Below, one piece after another: positions 42,301-54,900 of a stretch of DNA of 64,000 nucleotides. Source of the DNA: Phoronis australis (lineage: Eukaryota; Animalia; Phoronida); contig NMRA01000087.1 of the NCBI GenBank assembly GCA_002633005.1, positions 1-64,000 on the forward strand. The letters are read 5' to 3'. Made by a program: the position numbers and the translations under genes. The number at the start of each line of letters is the position of its first letter. Within the stretch, counting starts at the first letter, position 1. The notes beneath the pieces are model-generated. The model did no database searches. It saw nothing but the letters and a program-made list of their open reading frames with translations, and was not told where the DNA came from.

Positions 42301-45261
42301 CACCAGAAATTTTAATCCAGCTGTGAATCTCCATCAGCTCTGTTCCCCAGCCAGTAATTGTCAAGCCTGGAGTGGGGATTCTTCATGATTTTTGTTTGCC
42401 AATATTCCCCTCAAACATGCGTTTAACTCACAGGGAGTTTACAACCTGGAGGAAACATCAGATTCTTCTAAACAAGATGTGATACAAAGATTTTCATCTT
42501 TGATTTTTTTGTAATTTATTGATACTAAGATTTAATATTTCTAAAACACCATTGTTTAACTTGCAGCACATACAACGTAATTTCCAGATGCATTTAAGGA
42601 CTTGCGAACATGGTGGGACTTGTTTAAAGCCGCATGCAGTGTCAGATTAAAAAACATTGTTTTGGAACATTCTAATCATTTTGGGGTGTAACCTCTTTAT
42701 TGTGATTATTGGTATGTAACTATTGTGACTAATTTTACTAACTTTAAATAACACAAGACAGAGCTTGTGGAGTACATCTATTGCGTGAAAGGGTGGAGTT
42801 GTCAGCTCAAATAATTTCAGTTTTTGAGAATTGGGCTTTTGATGTCTCAATTGAGCACTGCATTGGCTTCAATGATAACACAGTAGGTGGCAGTGCCGGT
42901 ATACCCGTATAGCAGCGTTAAATCCACAGTGCAAATAAGAACTGGGATCAACTAAGACATCAAAACATGTCAAGACAGAAGAGTTGGGCCACTTTTTGCA
43001 AACATCTCATTGAATTTTCTTTCTGAGAAAGAACTCAAAAATCCCAATTCATGTAAGAATGAATTCGCTGTATTGATGGATATTAAAAAGATTTACGTTG
43101 TTGGGAATATCAGATGTATTCCATACCTACTTGGCAATTTAACATGCATCCTTAAGTTGAAGTGTTTACCTTGTTTGCACAAACGACAAAGGTGACATTG
43201 TCCATCTCGGCCACATTGCCGATCTCATTCCTCATCTCTGCTAGCCAGGCATCTAATGCTTCGAAGCTTGCTTTGTTTGACACATCATATACTAGAATTG
43301 CACCCTGGGTGTCCTTGTAAAATTCGTTTCGAACCTAAATCAACAATACATCAATCTATTTATCTCAAACGTAATGAAATAAAGTTAACAAATACAGAGC
43401 ATTGACAATGGAACAATCCCTAGAATAGGTCAGCCATTGCAAGCTCATTCTTGGGTCTGTATTAAAAATTCAGGAGCTTACCTTCAGAGCCAGGATAACT
43501 TCTAAACGTGTTCATTTTTCAAAACAGACAATGCAAGCTATTCATTAGGCTCAAAGAGAGAGAGAGAGAGAGAGACAAAAAACATGAATGCGTAAAAAAT
43601 ATTTTCAACAAAAATATACAAAAATTGTACCCATCATACCTTTTGATGCAGGTAAGCACATACAACATGAATATGTGAAACAATTTACGACAAACAATAA
43701 CACATGCTTAATTTAATTGTAAACCTTTTTTCTAAATCTACATCAAAATGTACCTTTAGGTAATGAAAAACTGAAACATGACATTTTGTGACTGTGCAAC
43801 CTTGGGTTTATAATCAGTTTCTGGACCTTCTAAACTGATATTCAATAGCTCAAAACAGCTATCTGCAAAAACTTACATAAATTCGCAAATTTGCTAAACA
43901 TAATGCACAGAGCTGACCACTGTAAATGGTCAGAAACATTCAAACAGCAGTGCACAGATAAGCGGTCACTACTTCTAAATGGCTTATAATCAATGGAGCA
44001 TCAGAGACTGGGATGTTGCACAATAACGATTTACACGGTAAGTTGCAAGGCTGTAACACAATACTATATAAGCAATTAATTAGTGACTAATGTAGAGCGT
44101 GTAAACAGATCAATACTTACCTCATAGAAGATTGGGTGACCAGCCATGTCAAATATGTTCACCTTCATGTCTCTTTCCTGGACTGTAACCCTGTAATATT
44201 TATCAAGAAGGCATTTCCTAAGTTCCTACAACCTAAACACGTTCAAAGCTGCTGCGAAATAGTTTGATCAACTTGGACACACCGGTGTCAAAACTTTTCT
44301 TGTTGCTACAAAAATTGATTTCTCTATCACCAAAAGTCAGGAATTGAGAGCTAGCCTGCCAGTGATATGAGGCAGCCTAGTTTTGAAAGGGTTGGCCAAC
44401 CTCTGCAAAATAACTAGCTCTTTGACACTGTTCTTAACTGCCGATGACCCAAATGATGTGGAATGGTTTGGAGCATGTCTTAAGAAGTTGAGCAGTCCAT
44501 AACCATGCATGCTCAAGAGAGTAAAATTTGAAAATGGGGTTTATATCTCTGTAATTAAATAATCACCCGTGCATGCCCTGCGCCACATTAGAAAAAAATT
44601 CTTGGTTGAAATCACGTATTTATAACAAATATATGAGCATAACAATTGTTATGACATAAAATTGTTGGATATCAACAATACTTACTTTGTTACACCGTAA
44701 TCTATTCCAATCGTCGCCAGGTACTTATTAACAAACCTCTTCTCACAATATCTTTTGATAATACAACTCTGAAACAAAAATGATTCATCAGTCATTTCTC
44801 AGTTCTACAAGACCAGGACAAGGGTACATTATGAAACAATATGAAGCTATGAGACACGCAGCTATGCACCCGCGCTGTGGGATGAGTATCTCGATTTTAC
44901 TGATCAACTAGTGGAGATACAGCCATGTCATTATCAGTTTGACAGCGATAGCACGGAGAGAAAGTTGGCAAACCAATGTTTAAAAGCTGGACTACGTAAA
45001 CATTGATTTGCCAGTCAAATTGATAACGACACGGCTGTATCTCTGCAGGCCAATCAGTCAATCGGGATACTCATTCCACTGCGCGGGTGCGTAACGTCGC
45101 GGGAAACTAGTCAATGACTTCTGGAATTGAAACCAAACGGGAGGTTTCGTAATGTCGTACCAGAAAACAATTCGAAGGCAGTTTACCTTTCCACTCTCAG
45201 CATTCCCCATGCTGATGATTTTTATTCTCACTGCTTTCTTCATCTTAGTCTTTGAATCCAT
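39322..45261 (-). CDS. DNAJC27: DnaJ homolog subfamily C member 27 (RBJ; Rab-like RJL GTPase plus C-terminal J domain), 7 exons, 269 aa
   Basis: Exons: 45261-45187, 44768-44686, 44190-44121, 43334-43170, 41613-41494, 40189-40029, 39457-39322. Total 810 nt, all GT-AG. G1 SMGNAESGKS, YLATIGIDYG, G3 DMAGH (family-typical His instead of Gln), VRNEFYKD, ANKVD, ETSA, J-domain LHPDKN. Confidence 0.96.
39665..39780 (-). mobile_element. tRNA-derived SINE head
   Basis: Minus strand reads GGCAGTGTGGCCTGGTTGATAAG (A-box-like) ... GGTTCAAGTCCCACCAGGTC (B box). No clean cloverleaf. Confidence 0.55.
40630..40780. repeat. 32-bp minisatellite (~4.7 units), with longer variant units at ~40220-40320
   Basis: AGTGAGACAACACCACAACACAAGTCACGTAC repeated. 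Confidence 0.9.
41912..42013. repeat. Perfect 17-bp tandem repeat x6
   Basis: TTGGTATGAACGTACAC x6, no spacers. Confidence 0.95.
43555..43575. repeat. (AG)n microsatellite
   Basis: About 10 AG units. Confidence 0.85.
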
Positions 45262-45906
45262 TCCACGACAAATATCAACGTTGGCAAGTCTTGTAAAAGT
45301 TCAAAGTCTTTTAGCCATGAAGACTTATGTGAAACCAATGTTGCCCCAGTCTACTTCCAAAGTCATGTCCAATCTCTGACTATCATTGGCTAGCAAGATC
45401 AAGTCAACAGAGCAGACATGCACTAAATCTGTTACCACAAGTTCATCAGTGAGCAAGAAATAGACATAGTAGGCAATGGTCACTGACAATGAATTGGACT
45501 TGAATGATCTGTAAACAACTCTCTCATCGAGACGCAGTCACCGTGTTATCGAATAGATTATAGTTCCACTTAAAGTAACTGGAGTAAATACCGAACGAAA
45601 TCAGAAAATGAAACCATTTGCGGCTGAAATACAGGACGTGAGCACAATCAATAGCCCACAATCGTCTTGATTAGTTTACGTTAGTTGACAAAAGTTGGAA
45701 TGTGCCCTGGACCAAATACTTACGAGAATTCTCATTGGTTGCTAAAGTAAATTACCCAGAGTTCAATTGCAAAACCATCATGGCGGCCACCGCCAAAGTC
45801 AAAAGACTAGACGAGTTCATAAAAGCCTGTCTAAGTGTCAGTGAAGACACTGACGAATTTGACTGCATCTTATTTTAATTTTCGTATCAGCTCATAGTGA
45901 AACGTT
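45262..45906. promoter_or_regulatory. Probable bidirectional promoter and 5'UTRs of DNAJC27 and TUBE1
   Basis: Divergent ATGs 646 bp apart. CCAAT/ATTGG boxes near 45370, 45386 and 45735; YY1-like CATGGCGGC at ~45779; partial X-box-like GTTGCTAAAGTAA at ~45738. Confidence 0.6.
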
Positions 45907-48900
45907 ATGACGCAATCGATTGTTGTTCAAGGTATTGTTGTGAGTGTTTGACAAAGTACTTCTTGACTTGAGTTAAAGTGAACAAATCGACAACAGAACA
46001 GTGTCAGTGACTAAGTCCAAATGGCGTTTGGAATGACAACAGTGTTCTTTATCGACTATCACTGTCAATATTCCAGTTGTGGATCACATTAGCCGCGGTT
46101 CAATTCTCAGAACTAGCACTTTGGTGACCTTTGCACCCATCTCAAGGTTTGGTGGGTGTCGCCTTTGCTGGTCGCCAATGACAATGTTGATAAACAGATA
46201 AACTTATACCTAAACTATATTTTTTCTTAGCCCAGCTGGGAATCGAACCCCTGAACCAAAGTGTAGCATCCACACAAATTGTCCAAAAAGCAGTTACCTG
46301 TTTGTGAGCGATATAGAGGTGCGATAGTGCAATGTGAAACAACTGGAAATGATGTTGTTCATGAACTTGGATTTACTCTTAAATTTTTTAAGATCACGTG
46401 CATGAACCTGAAATTGAATATTTGTTACAGCTTACTCCTGTTTAGTCTGTTTTCCAGATGTTACACATCATGTACCTAATTATCGGACGGACCCTAAATA
46501 TTGGACATTTCATGAAATCTTACTTGAAGCATAATCTGAGAATTAAATGATACCAATTTTGTTCCGCTGTAATGCATTTCATGTCCGGCACCGTCTCGTT
46601 TTTTTACAGCATTGCTTCGTTTTGATTTCACCGAGAGAGGGTGCAATTCAGACCTACAGTTCGTCCTAAAATGGACGATCGCATAAATCGGTTATAAAAG
46701 TTGAAAACAAAATCTTTTTCCACAATGAATCCATCTCATTGAACTGACAATATGTCACTGTTCCATTTTTTCATTTGTTTTTAAACTCAAGTCAAACCCC
46801 GACCGTGCACTTGCGGGTGTCATATCAAGAAGGCAAAGAGATACTAAAAACTGTAGTCGGTTTTCACGTGCTTTAGACGTCTGCACTGATTCATCGAAAC
46901 AACTTGGCGTTGTCATCAGATTTCATTTTAAGATAATTTTGTTGCGAATGGACCTGTGTTCTAGCAACATATATGTCAAAACACTCGAAATGAAATTTGG
47001 CTACAAGGTGCCCGCGGCCATTACGTGGTTAGTCAGTTTTCCGCAGTGTGGCTTATGGGGTATGGTGTCCGATATTTAGGTTCTCCGAAGGTTTGCTAGT
47101 TGTGTTTTTTAAAGATCAGTCGGAACGTAAATGTGGCTTTTGGGAACAAGATATAGTAACAGAACAATGCCGTAAAGGTAAGTCTTGATTTCAGCAAAGA
47201 ATTTACAACAATGTATAGTATTTTCAATTAAATATAATGCAAAATGTGCCAAAACGTCCGATAATTAGGTCACTTGTCTGTATTAGTTTTCACAGGCCTG
47301 TTATCAGTCTGTTTCTTTTTATAATTGCACGAACATCCCTTTAATGAATTATTGAAATTTGTTCAATGTTTTTGTTTGTTCCATAGTTGGCCAGTGTGGC
47401 AACCAAATTGGGTGCCGGTTCTGGGACCTGGCTCTTAGAGAACATGCAGCACAGAACAAGGTAAGTGGTCGCTGAAATAATTATCATTGTTTAACGTCTG
47501 ACAGTTGATTCAGTAAAGGGAGATAACGACAAAATCTCATCATTGTTTCTTTTGTGTGAACCGAATAGATTAATGCAATATTTAAAAATATAATCACATG
47601 GAATGTTTCTGACACTATTTTGATTGACAATCTTAAAGTTGGATTGTGCCCTGTTTAGCTGGCTAAGAAATGAAAAACATAAAAACTGTCAATAACTCAG
47701 GGAAACACTTTCAGAGAGTTTGTTTTGCTTGTTGAACACAAAATTTGCGAATTCGAATATGGCGCACATTGGCATTGCCTATGACTTGAGTTGCGAGCTC
47801 ATTCGGCAGCAACTTAAGATCTGAAGAGCATGATGTTGTTATGAAACCCTAAAGCACTTCAGTTAAGAATTCAACACTGTAGGTTAAACAGAGTTAAATT
47901 CTCTTTTATTAAGTACTGCTGAAAATGTTTGAACTATGCTTGTTAGCACTTCTTCAACCTAATCATTTTGGTCTACATCTGCTTGCTACCTTATCTTTAC
48001 TGATCTTTCTACCCCCTGTTAATCATAAAGACTTACCTTTGTTTACCGCCAGTGGCGGATCTAGGATACCATAAAGGGGGGCCCCAACATGTTGCCTCAG
48101 GGGTACTGGGCAAAGCGCGATTGCATGTGCGCGGGCAGCCCAAAAGTTGCGGGGTAGGGTATGTGGACCTTCTGTCTGTCGATAAATGTGTTGGTGGACT
48201 AAAAAATAGAAAGGCGAACATGATTCCGCCCNAGTTACTGAAACCCAATATTTCCTCACGCTTCACGCTGTTGCTATTTCATTTTGCTTGCGGCAGCCAA
48301 GGGGGGGGGTCGGGCTCCCCTAGATCCGCCTATGACCGCCCCCTGTTGAACATAAGAAGGCATCTTTATTTAGCTGTATTGTGTGCCTTCTCCATGTTAT
48401 TGTTGGAATCAGTTCTCCATCATCATTTACTAGCTACTTATCTTGAATGTTTAATACTTTGAACTACGAGAGCTTCTTGAGCTTTCTCGACAGAATTTAC
48501 TGAATTTGAAATGGCTTGTGTTATGTTTTTATACTGTTTTTAGAATGGATTTTATGATGAATCATTGAGCAGCTTCTTCAGGAACGTGGACTCCAGATAT
48601 GAGGACCCTCTAGATATCCCCGTCGGGAACTCAAAGGGAAAAATCAAGTCTCTCAAAGCCAGGGTAGGTTTCGAATTCGCAAAAAACTCACCGGAACAGT
48701 GTTAAAGATCAGGATTTCAAAAAATGTTTATTACATGTTTCTGGTGAACTTTCAATACTGTGAGTAAAATATCTGATTATAAATTAATTACTTAGCACTC
48801 TGTGAATCAGGATAACCTTTTTATTGTAACTTTCCAATTTGTGGAATATCCGTCATCCTGGCCACCTGTTGACATTCTGCTTCGGATGACCACCATCCAA

Positions 48901-51900
48901 CAGTCCATTGTATTGTCACGTGTCATTCTATCTGTAAAAAGATCAATGGATTGCTTTTGCGCATTTACTTTCTAAGTTGTGGCTTTGTAGTTATCTCTCA
49001 GGTGAAAAGTTTGTTATAATTATGGTCTGAGATTATCTCATTTGTGCTTATTGTAAGCTTAAACTGAATTGTGTAATTATTCTGACTTCTAAGTTCAACT
49101 AGTTTCGTTACAAAGCTTTGAAAACTTGTAACAATACTCCCAATTCCGAGGGAATTATCTTAATATTATCAGGGCTTGGAATTTTCCGCGGAAACGCGGA
49201 TTTCCGCTTTTTTCAAATGTGCTTTCCGGTTTTTTTATAATATTTCCGAATAAAAAAATCGGATTTGATATAAAATTTCCGCAGGAAATTCCTTTCTTAC
49301 CGCGGCGTTGCAGACGACGTTCACCTCGAAAAGCGGAAGTTGTTCTTTATGTTTCGGAGGAACGTAAATTGTCAACATTGCCGGGGCATCTGGGACAGCG
49401 TGGTGGGAGATTTTCAATGGCTTCTCGTGTTATTGTTAAGCGCGGCGGCAAATACTACCGCTCTGCAGCCAAAAATGTGTGGGTTGGGAGTGGATGGGCG
49501 AGCTGAAAGGACGCAGATGCATGCTACTGATGGTGGTAACGTTTTTTTTTTTTTTTTTAGTCCTCCAGATTTTTGTCGGGGAAAGGTTCACACTGACCAT
49601 TTCAAGGCTGGTTAATCGGGCAAGATTTGGGCCGTAAAAGTTTCAAAGTTTCCGCGTTTTTTGTCATTGGTCATTCCAAGCCCTGTATTATGAATAGTCT
49701 AAGTTTTAAACATTTTGAAAATAATGTGCATTCACAAAAAATTAGTTCACAAAAGTTATAATAAGTAAAGCTGCAATAAATATGCCTTCGGCTATCAAAC
49801 ATAACTTTTGATTTAAACCACTTGATGTTAGAAATGGACTTGGTCTCATTTTGTTGTTTACTGAGATAAGAAGTTGGTTCTAGGGATGGAAAGATTTGAG
49901 TGTTCAGTATTGCTTGAGACCGTACTCCGTGCATTAATTGATCCATGGCATGTTGACGAGTAGTCTTATTAAACCCTGGACCGAAAATCATGCCCAATTT
50001 GAGTTTCAAAGTAAGGAACACATCAAGATCAGTTATGTAACGGTAGGTGGTCTAAATGAAAAATTATTTGTTTGACCGAAGTCGGAGTTACAGCATCTTT
50101 AAATGAACTTGGTGTGCGTGTTACTTTTACATAATAACAAATGTTATTGAAATTCATCCAGATTCCTCTTGTTTTCTCGGCAGGCTGTTTTAATTGACAT
50201 GGAGGAGGGTGTAGTTGGTGAACTATTGAAAGGTCCCCTTAAGGAAGTGTTTGACCACAGACAGTTCATCACTGATGTTTCGGGTGCTGGAAACAACTGG
50301 TGGGTAATGTTCTCTTTAAACTTGTTATTGTCTGTACGTTTATTTTGGGCTCTATACAAAATGCCTTAGGCGCGTGGTTGGCTGTTGAGCAATCCTCAAG
50401 TCCAATCTGACGCCCTGTATATTTTAAATGAGTGATATTTGTTGCGAATATTATTTTCACTGTTCTGGTGCCTTTAGACATTGCCTTTGACAGTAATGAT
50501 GGTAGATATTTTTATTTCAGTTTACACGTTGTCTGTTACCAGGTTTATCATCTCTTCAAATTTTTATTCCTATCTCACCTGTGTCTGCCTGGTAACAGCT
50601 GGCTGTGGAATTCACCTTTCTTTGATCAGACATAGCTTAACTATTGTGAGTTGCCCTGATTTTCCTTTATAATAGCCTTTTGAAATGCACAATATTTTTT
50701 GTAAATGATCCTATGAATATTCATGTGCTCCATTCAAACATGAGACTAGGTACAAAAGGAGTCCTTTTGGAGCAGGTAACTGTGTACCTGTTCTGATTTT
50801 GTTACACGCCGTTTTGTCCATATCTTAAGGACTTGTTTCACCACCAGGTGCGCCCTCTGTGGTCGAGTTAAAAACAGCAACATGGGAATCCCTTATTGGG
50901 GAAACCCCTCTATTACGTCAGAGTACACAGCGGGAAGATCGAGGCCAGGATCTTTGTTTAGATTTGGTTTGCTGTCTTGGATCTCTACGGCTTCCTGAAT
51001 GCATCTTTACCACTTGTCAGGATGGGGACAAATTATAGAGAAATTGTCTTCAGAAAGCTGATCGTTCTGGTGAGGGATCACTGCAATCGCAATTTGCGAC
51101 TTATCGCAGTCATCCAAGAACATGTGAGAGACCAGAATCATCAGCTTTCTGAAAACAATTTTTCTATAATTTGTCCCTACCCTGACAAGTTGAAAAGACG
51201 CATTCGGGAAACCGTAGACTAAAGATCCAAGTCAGCAGACCAAGTCTGAACAGAGATCCTGGCTTTCATCTTCCCGCTGTGTACTCTGACGTGCTAGAGA
51301 GGTTTCCCCAATAAGGCAGTCCCATGTTGCTGTTTTTAACTCAACCACAGACGGCGCATGTGGTGGACGAAACGGCGCACATTGACATCAGAATAGGAAC
51401 ATTGTATCTGCTCCAAAAGAATCCTTTTCACCTAGTCTCATTTTTTATAAACTTGTTGAAACTTTCAGAGCAAACGAAAATGTATAGTGTAATTTTCTAA
51501 TGTTGGATTTCCTTCACAGTTTTTATCACAGCTTCAATAAATTTAGATAATTTTTATGAGACTTGATCAGTTTTTTGAACACCTGGCTTTTATTTCTTTC
51601 TCCTTAACAGGGCTGTTGGTCACAAGATGTACGGTAGCAAGTATCGTGAAGAGATATCAGAGATTATACGTCGAGCGGCAGAGCTTTGTGATTGTCTCCA
51701 ATGTTTTTTCATCATTCACTCCATGGGTGGAGGTAGGAACTTTCATTGACATTAGTGTTGCAGTATAGCGGCAGTGTGTAGGAAAACACAAGTATGGAGT
51801 ATCATAACTAGTGAGAATGTGGCATGTGATGTGGCTGGTACTGAGGTTGGTCTGAGTGGGTCAATGGTCGTTTCATCTGCGCAGGGAACATGTTGAGACC

Positions 51901-54900
51901 AGGGCTGAGTTTTGTAAATGCAAGAACCTTGCAAAAGTTAGTGTGAACCTGTGCTTTGCTTGTAATACATGGCGATATCTCACAAAAGTCCTTTGTGATT
52001 TTCCGTTTTCATGAGGTTCTTGTTTCTGCAGAACTCATGCTAGTTTTATAGCGAGTTGGTCATATCAAATCGTTGTTGTCCATATTAAATGGTTTTTGTC
52101 CATATCAAATAGTTGTTTCTTTTTTGAAGCAGCTGTTAACTGTGAACACTTGTATTCATTGAACTTTTTAAGGATGTATGAAAATTGTGTGCGAGTATCC
52201 CAGAACTGTCTGAGACTTATTGGAAGGTTTTGGTGAAGCTACGGAGTTAAGTGTAGCTCCTTATCTCTGTTTTGGCTTCTCACTAGCTGTAGTTTGAGTG
52301 TGTAGTTGTTACTAGAGTTTTTGAACTTTACGTGCAATCAGCTGGGCTCAGTGTAATTAATATTACGTATATTTTGTGGAGATGATTATTTGAAAGTAAG
52401 ACGCATATGTTTCCCCAATTCATTGAAGGGTGACTTTGTGTGCTATTCGTTATTCTGGTTGGAAGTTTTTTCTTGAGGGAGGAGTAACTTTCATCTTTGA
52501 ATTGGTTCATTTTTCAAATATCTCACGAGACAAATAATTTAAGTGTTGTTAACTGAAGTGGTTGTCTTGGGCTGCAAAGCATCATTCTGGTGTGTACCTG
52601 ACTCGTCTCATTTTGAAACCTGCACTTACTAACTAAAAATGCCTGCCTGCATCAATTTCAACTTAGGTCGTGTTTTTTGTTGAACAGCTAAACAAAGGTA
52701 AGCAAGGATTGAAACGACTAGCTTTACCAACCGATAAGTAAAAAACGAAACAAATCTCCCATTGTTTTTGCACATCACTGACTCGATTTTCAAAAAACAG
52801 ACCAGAAGCAGTTGTTCTTTTTTAGCCNCACTCAAATGTAATCTGTTGACATGTATACGCAGTAAAAATTGTCTAACTGTAATTAGGTTTCCTGAATTTT
52901 GAAATCCGATTCTCATCAGGAGTGGGTGGAAAGATCACAATTGATTTCATTATAAAGAATATTGCATGCATCGTTGATTAATTTCATAATTACCAGTTGA
53001 CATTTCCAAGTATTGTAAAGTTACAGACATTATCCCAAAATTGTTTGATTTGTATTATTCTGCATGACAATTTGCATTTTAGAAGGTAGGCTAGCAGTCC
53101 ATAAAGTTAATGCATTTAGTATGCAGAAAGGATATACAATTAGCTTAGGGGTTATTAGAGGATGTGGTGTTCCCATGGCTATGACTTACTGTGATTGTTC
53201 ATTTGGCTGTGAACATCTGTTGTGCATTTTATGAAACAGTTCCTACGAAGTGGTTTGTTTTGATTTTTCTAGGAAATTACTATGGTATGTTGCTTTTGTT
53301 TCCATTATGGATTGTAGTCCAGTAAGGAACTGGTTCACGTTATCGTCGTTCATTACTAACTGTATCAAATGTCCTACACGGAAAGAGCAACCTTTATTAA
53401 AACAATTAGCGACTTCGTTAAAAGTAATTTATTGGTATAAGTTATATAGGCTACACAAGAAATACACAATTACAATTTTAACAAGTTCAAAAACAGTCCA
53501 CTCTCAACCTTAAACTGCATTGAACAGGTGAGTAGATGAATTAGTTATAAAAGATTTCAATGATGCATTTATGAAACTTTGCATGCCGCAGACCTTTCAG
53601 TCATGGTGTTCTTATAGACTCTAACCTCAGCAAAGTCCGTCCCCGTCACAAGAACTGCCAAAAGTCCATCCTGTGTTACAGCGACATCTATTGGCTTTGT
53701 GTCATGGTTATTGTCATTGGTGTTCTCGACCAGAATACGCTTTTTTCTGCCTTCACGCGAGAATTCTTGTACACGATAGTTTCCGGAATCAGCGACTATG
53801 ATCCTGTCGTTTATCACACAAATTCCCATTGGATGATTGAGTTCGCCTAGTCTGCTACCTTTTTGTCCTATTCTGTTTTTCATCTTTGAATTCTGGTCAA
53901 AAACCCTCAAGCAATGGTAGCCGTAGTCGGAAATAACGATCTCATTATTGCGTGTAAACGCCACGTGATAAGGAGTAGATAATGTCTGCACCAGCTTGGC
54001 CACAAGTTTACGCTCACTGTTTAAAACCACAACAGAATTTGTGCTTGGGCTGACTGTCATAACACATCCATTTCTTGGATTGACGGCAATGCCGTGGGGA
54101 TACTCATTCGCATATTTGTCCCCTATAGCAGCTAACTGTTGTCCATTCTTGGAGTAAATCTTGTATAATGTTGACTGTTTGCTGTGAACACACACAGCTA
54201 TATCATCGCTGGGCAACATTGCTATTCCACGAATATTGCAATCACATAAAAATGCAGTTCTTGGTACACCCTGGATGCTGAAGATAATGATCTTATTTGT
54301 CTTACTGTCGGAGATTACTATATCTCTTTCTTTTGTTAAGGCCACAGAAACAGGTTTAAGAAGTTCACTGTTTGATTCACCGTAATGTCCACATCTCAGA
54401 ATAAGACCATCTTTCTGTGGAGTACTAATTACCGTAGACAGTTGTCTTGTCAGTGAAGGCTTCTTTGGTGGTGGAGGTTGATGCGTGGGTTGAGTTTGAG
54501 AACCCATTACACTCTCGTAACTTGGTGGCGCTTCACCATACGCTGGAGGTGGCAGCACGCCTTGCTCACCATTTTCTACGTCAACCATTTCAAAACCATC
54601 TTGTTGTGTTGATATTGAAATTACTTCTCCAGACATACCACAGTAAGTGGCTTCTTGTCTTGATGATTGTGAGGCCACGACATCTGCCAAGCTTGACAGC
54701 ATGTGATTTCCAGGAAATCCTGTAACACCAGTCTGTGGCATGGTGACCAAAGTTCTACAACTAGGACAGGCAAACTGAGTTACGTTCTCCCCTTGTCTTG
54801 TGCAATAGTCCTGTAGACAAGCTTCACAAAAGGTGTGTAAGCATGGAAGTGCCTTGGGTTCTGTGAAGTGATTGAAACAGATACTGCAAGTTAAATAGTC

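Noticed and set aside
50300-50309. GTAATG at 50304 as the TUBE1 exon 4 donor
   Set aside because: It would shift the frame; only the GT at 50300 restores the conserved NNWAVG.
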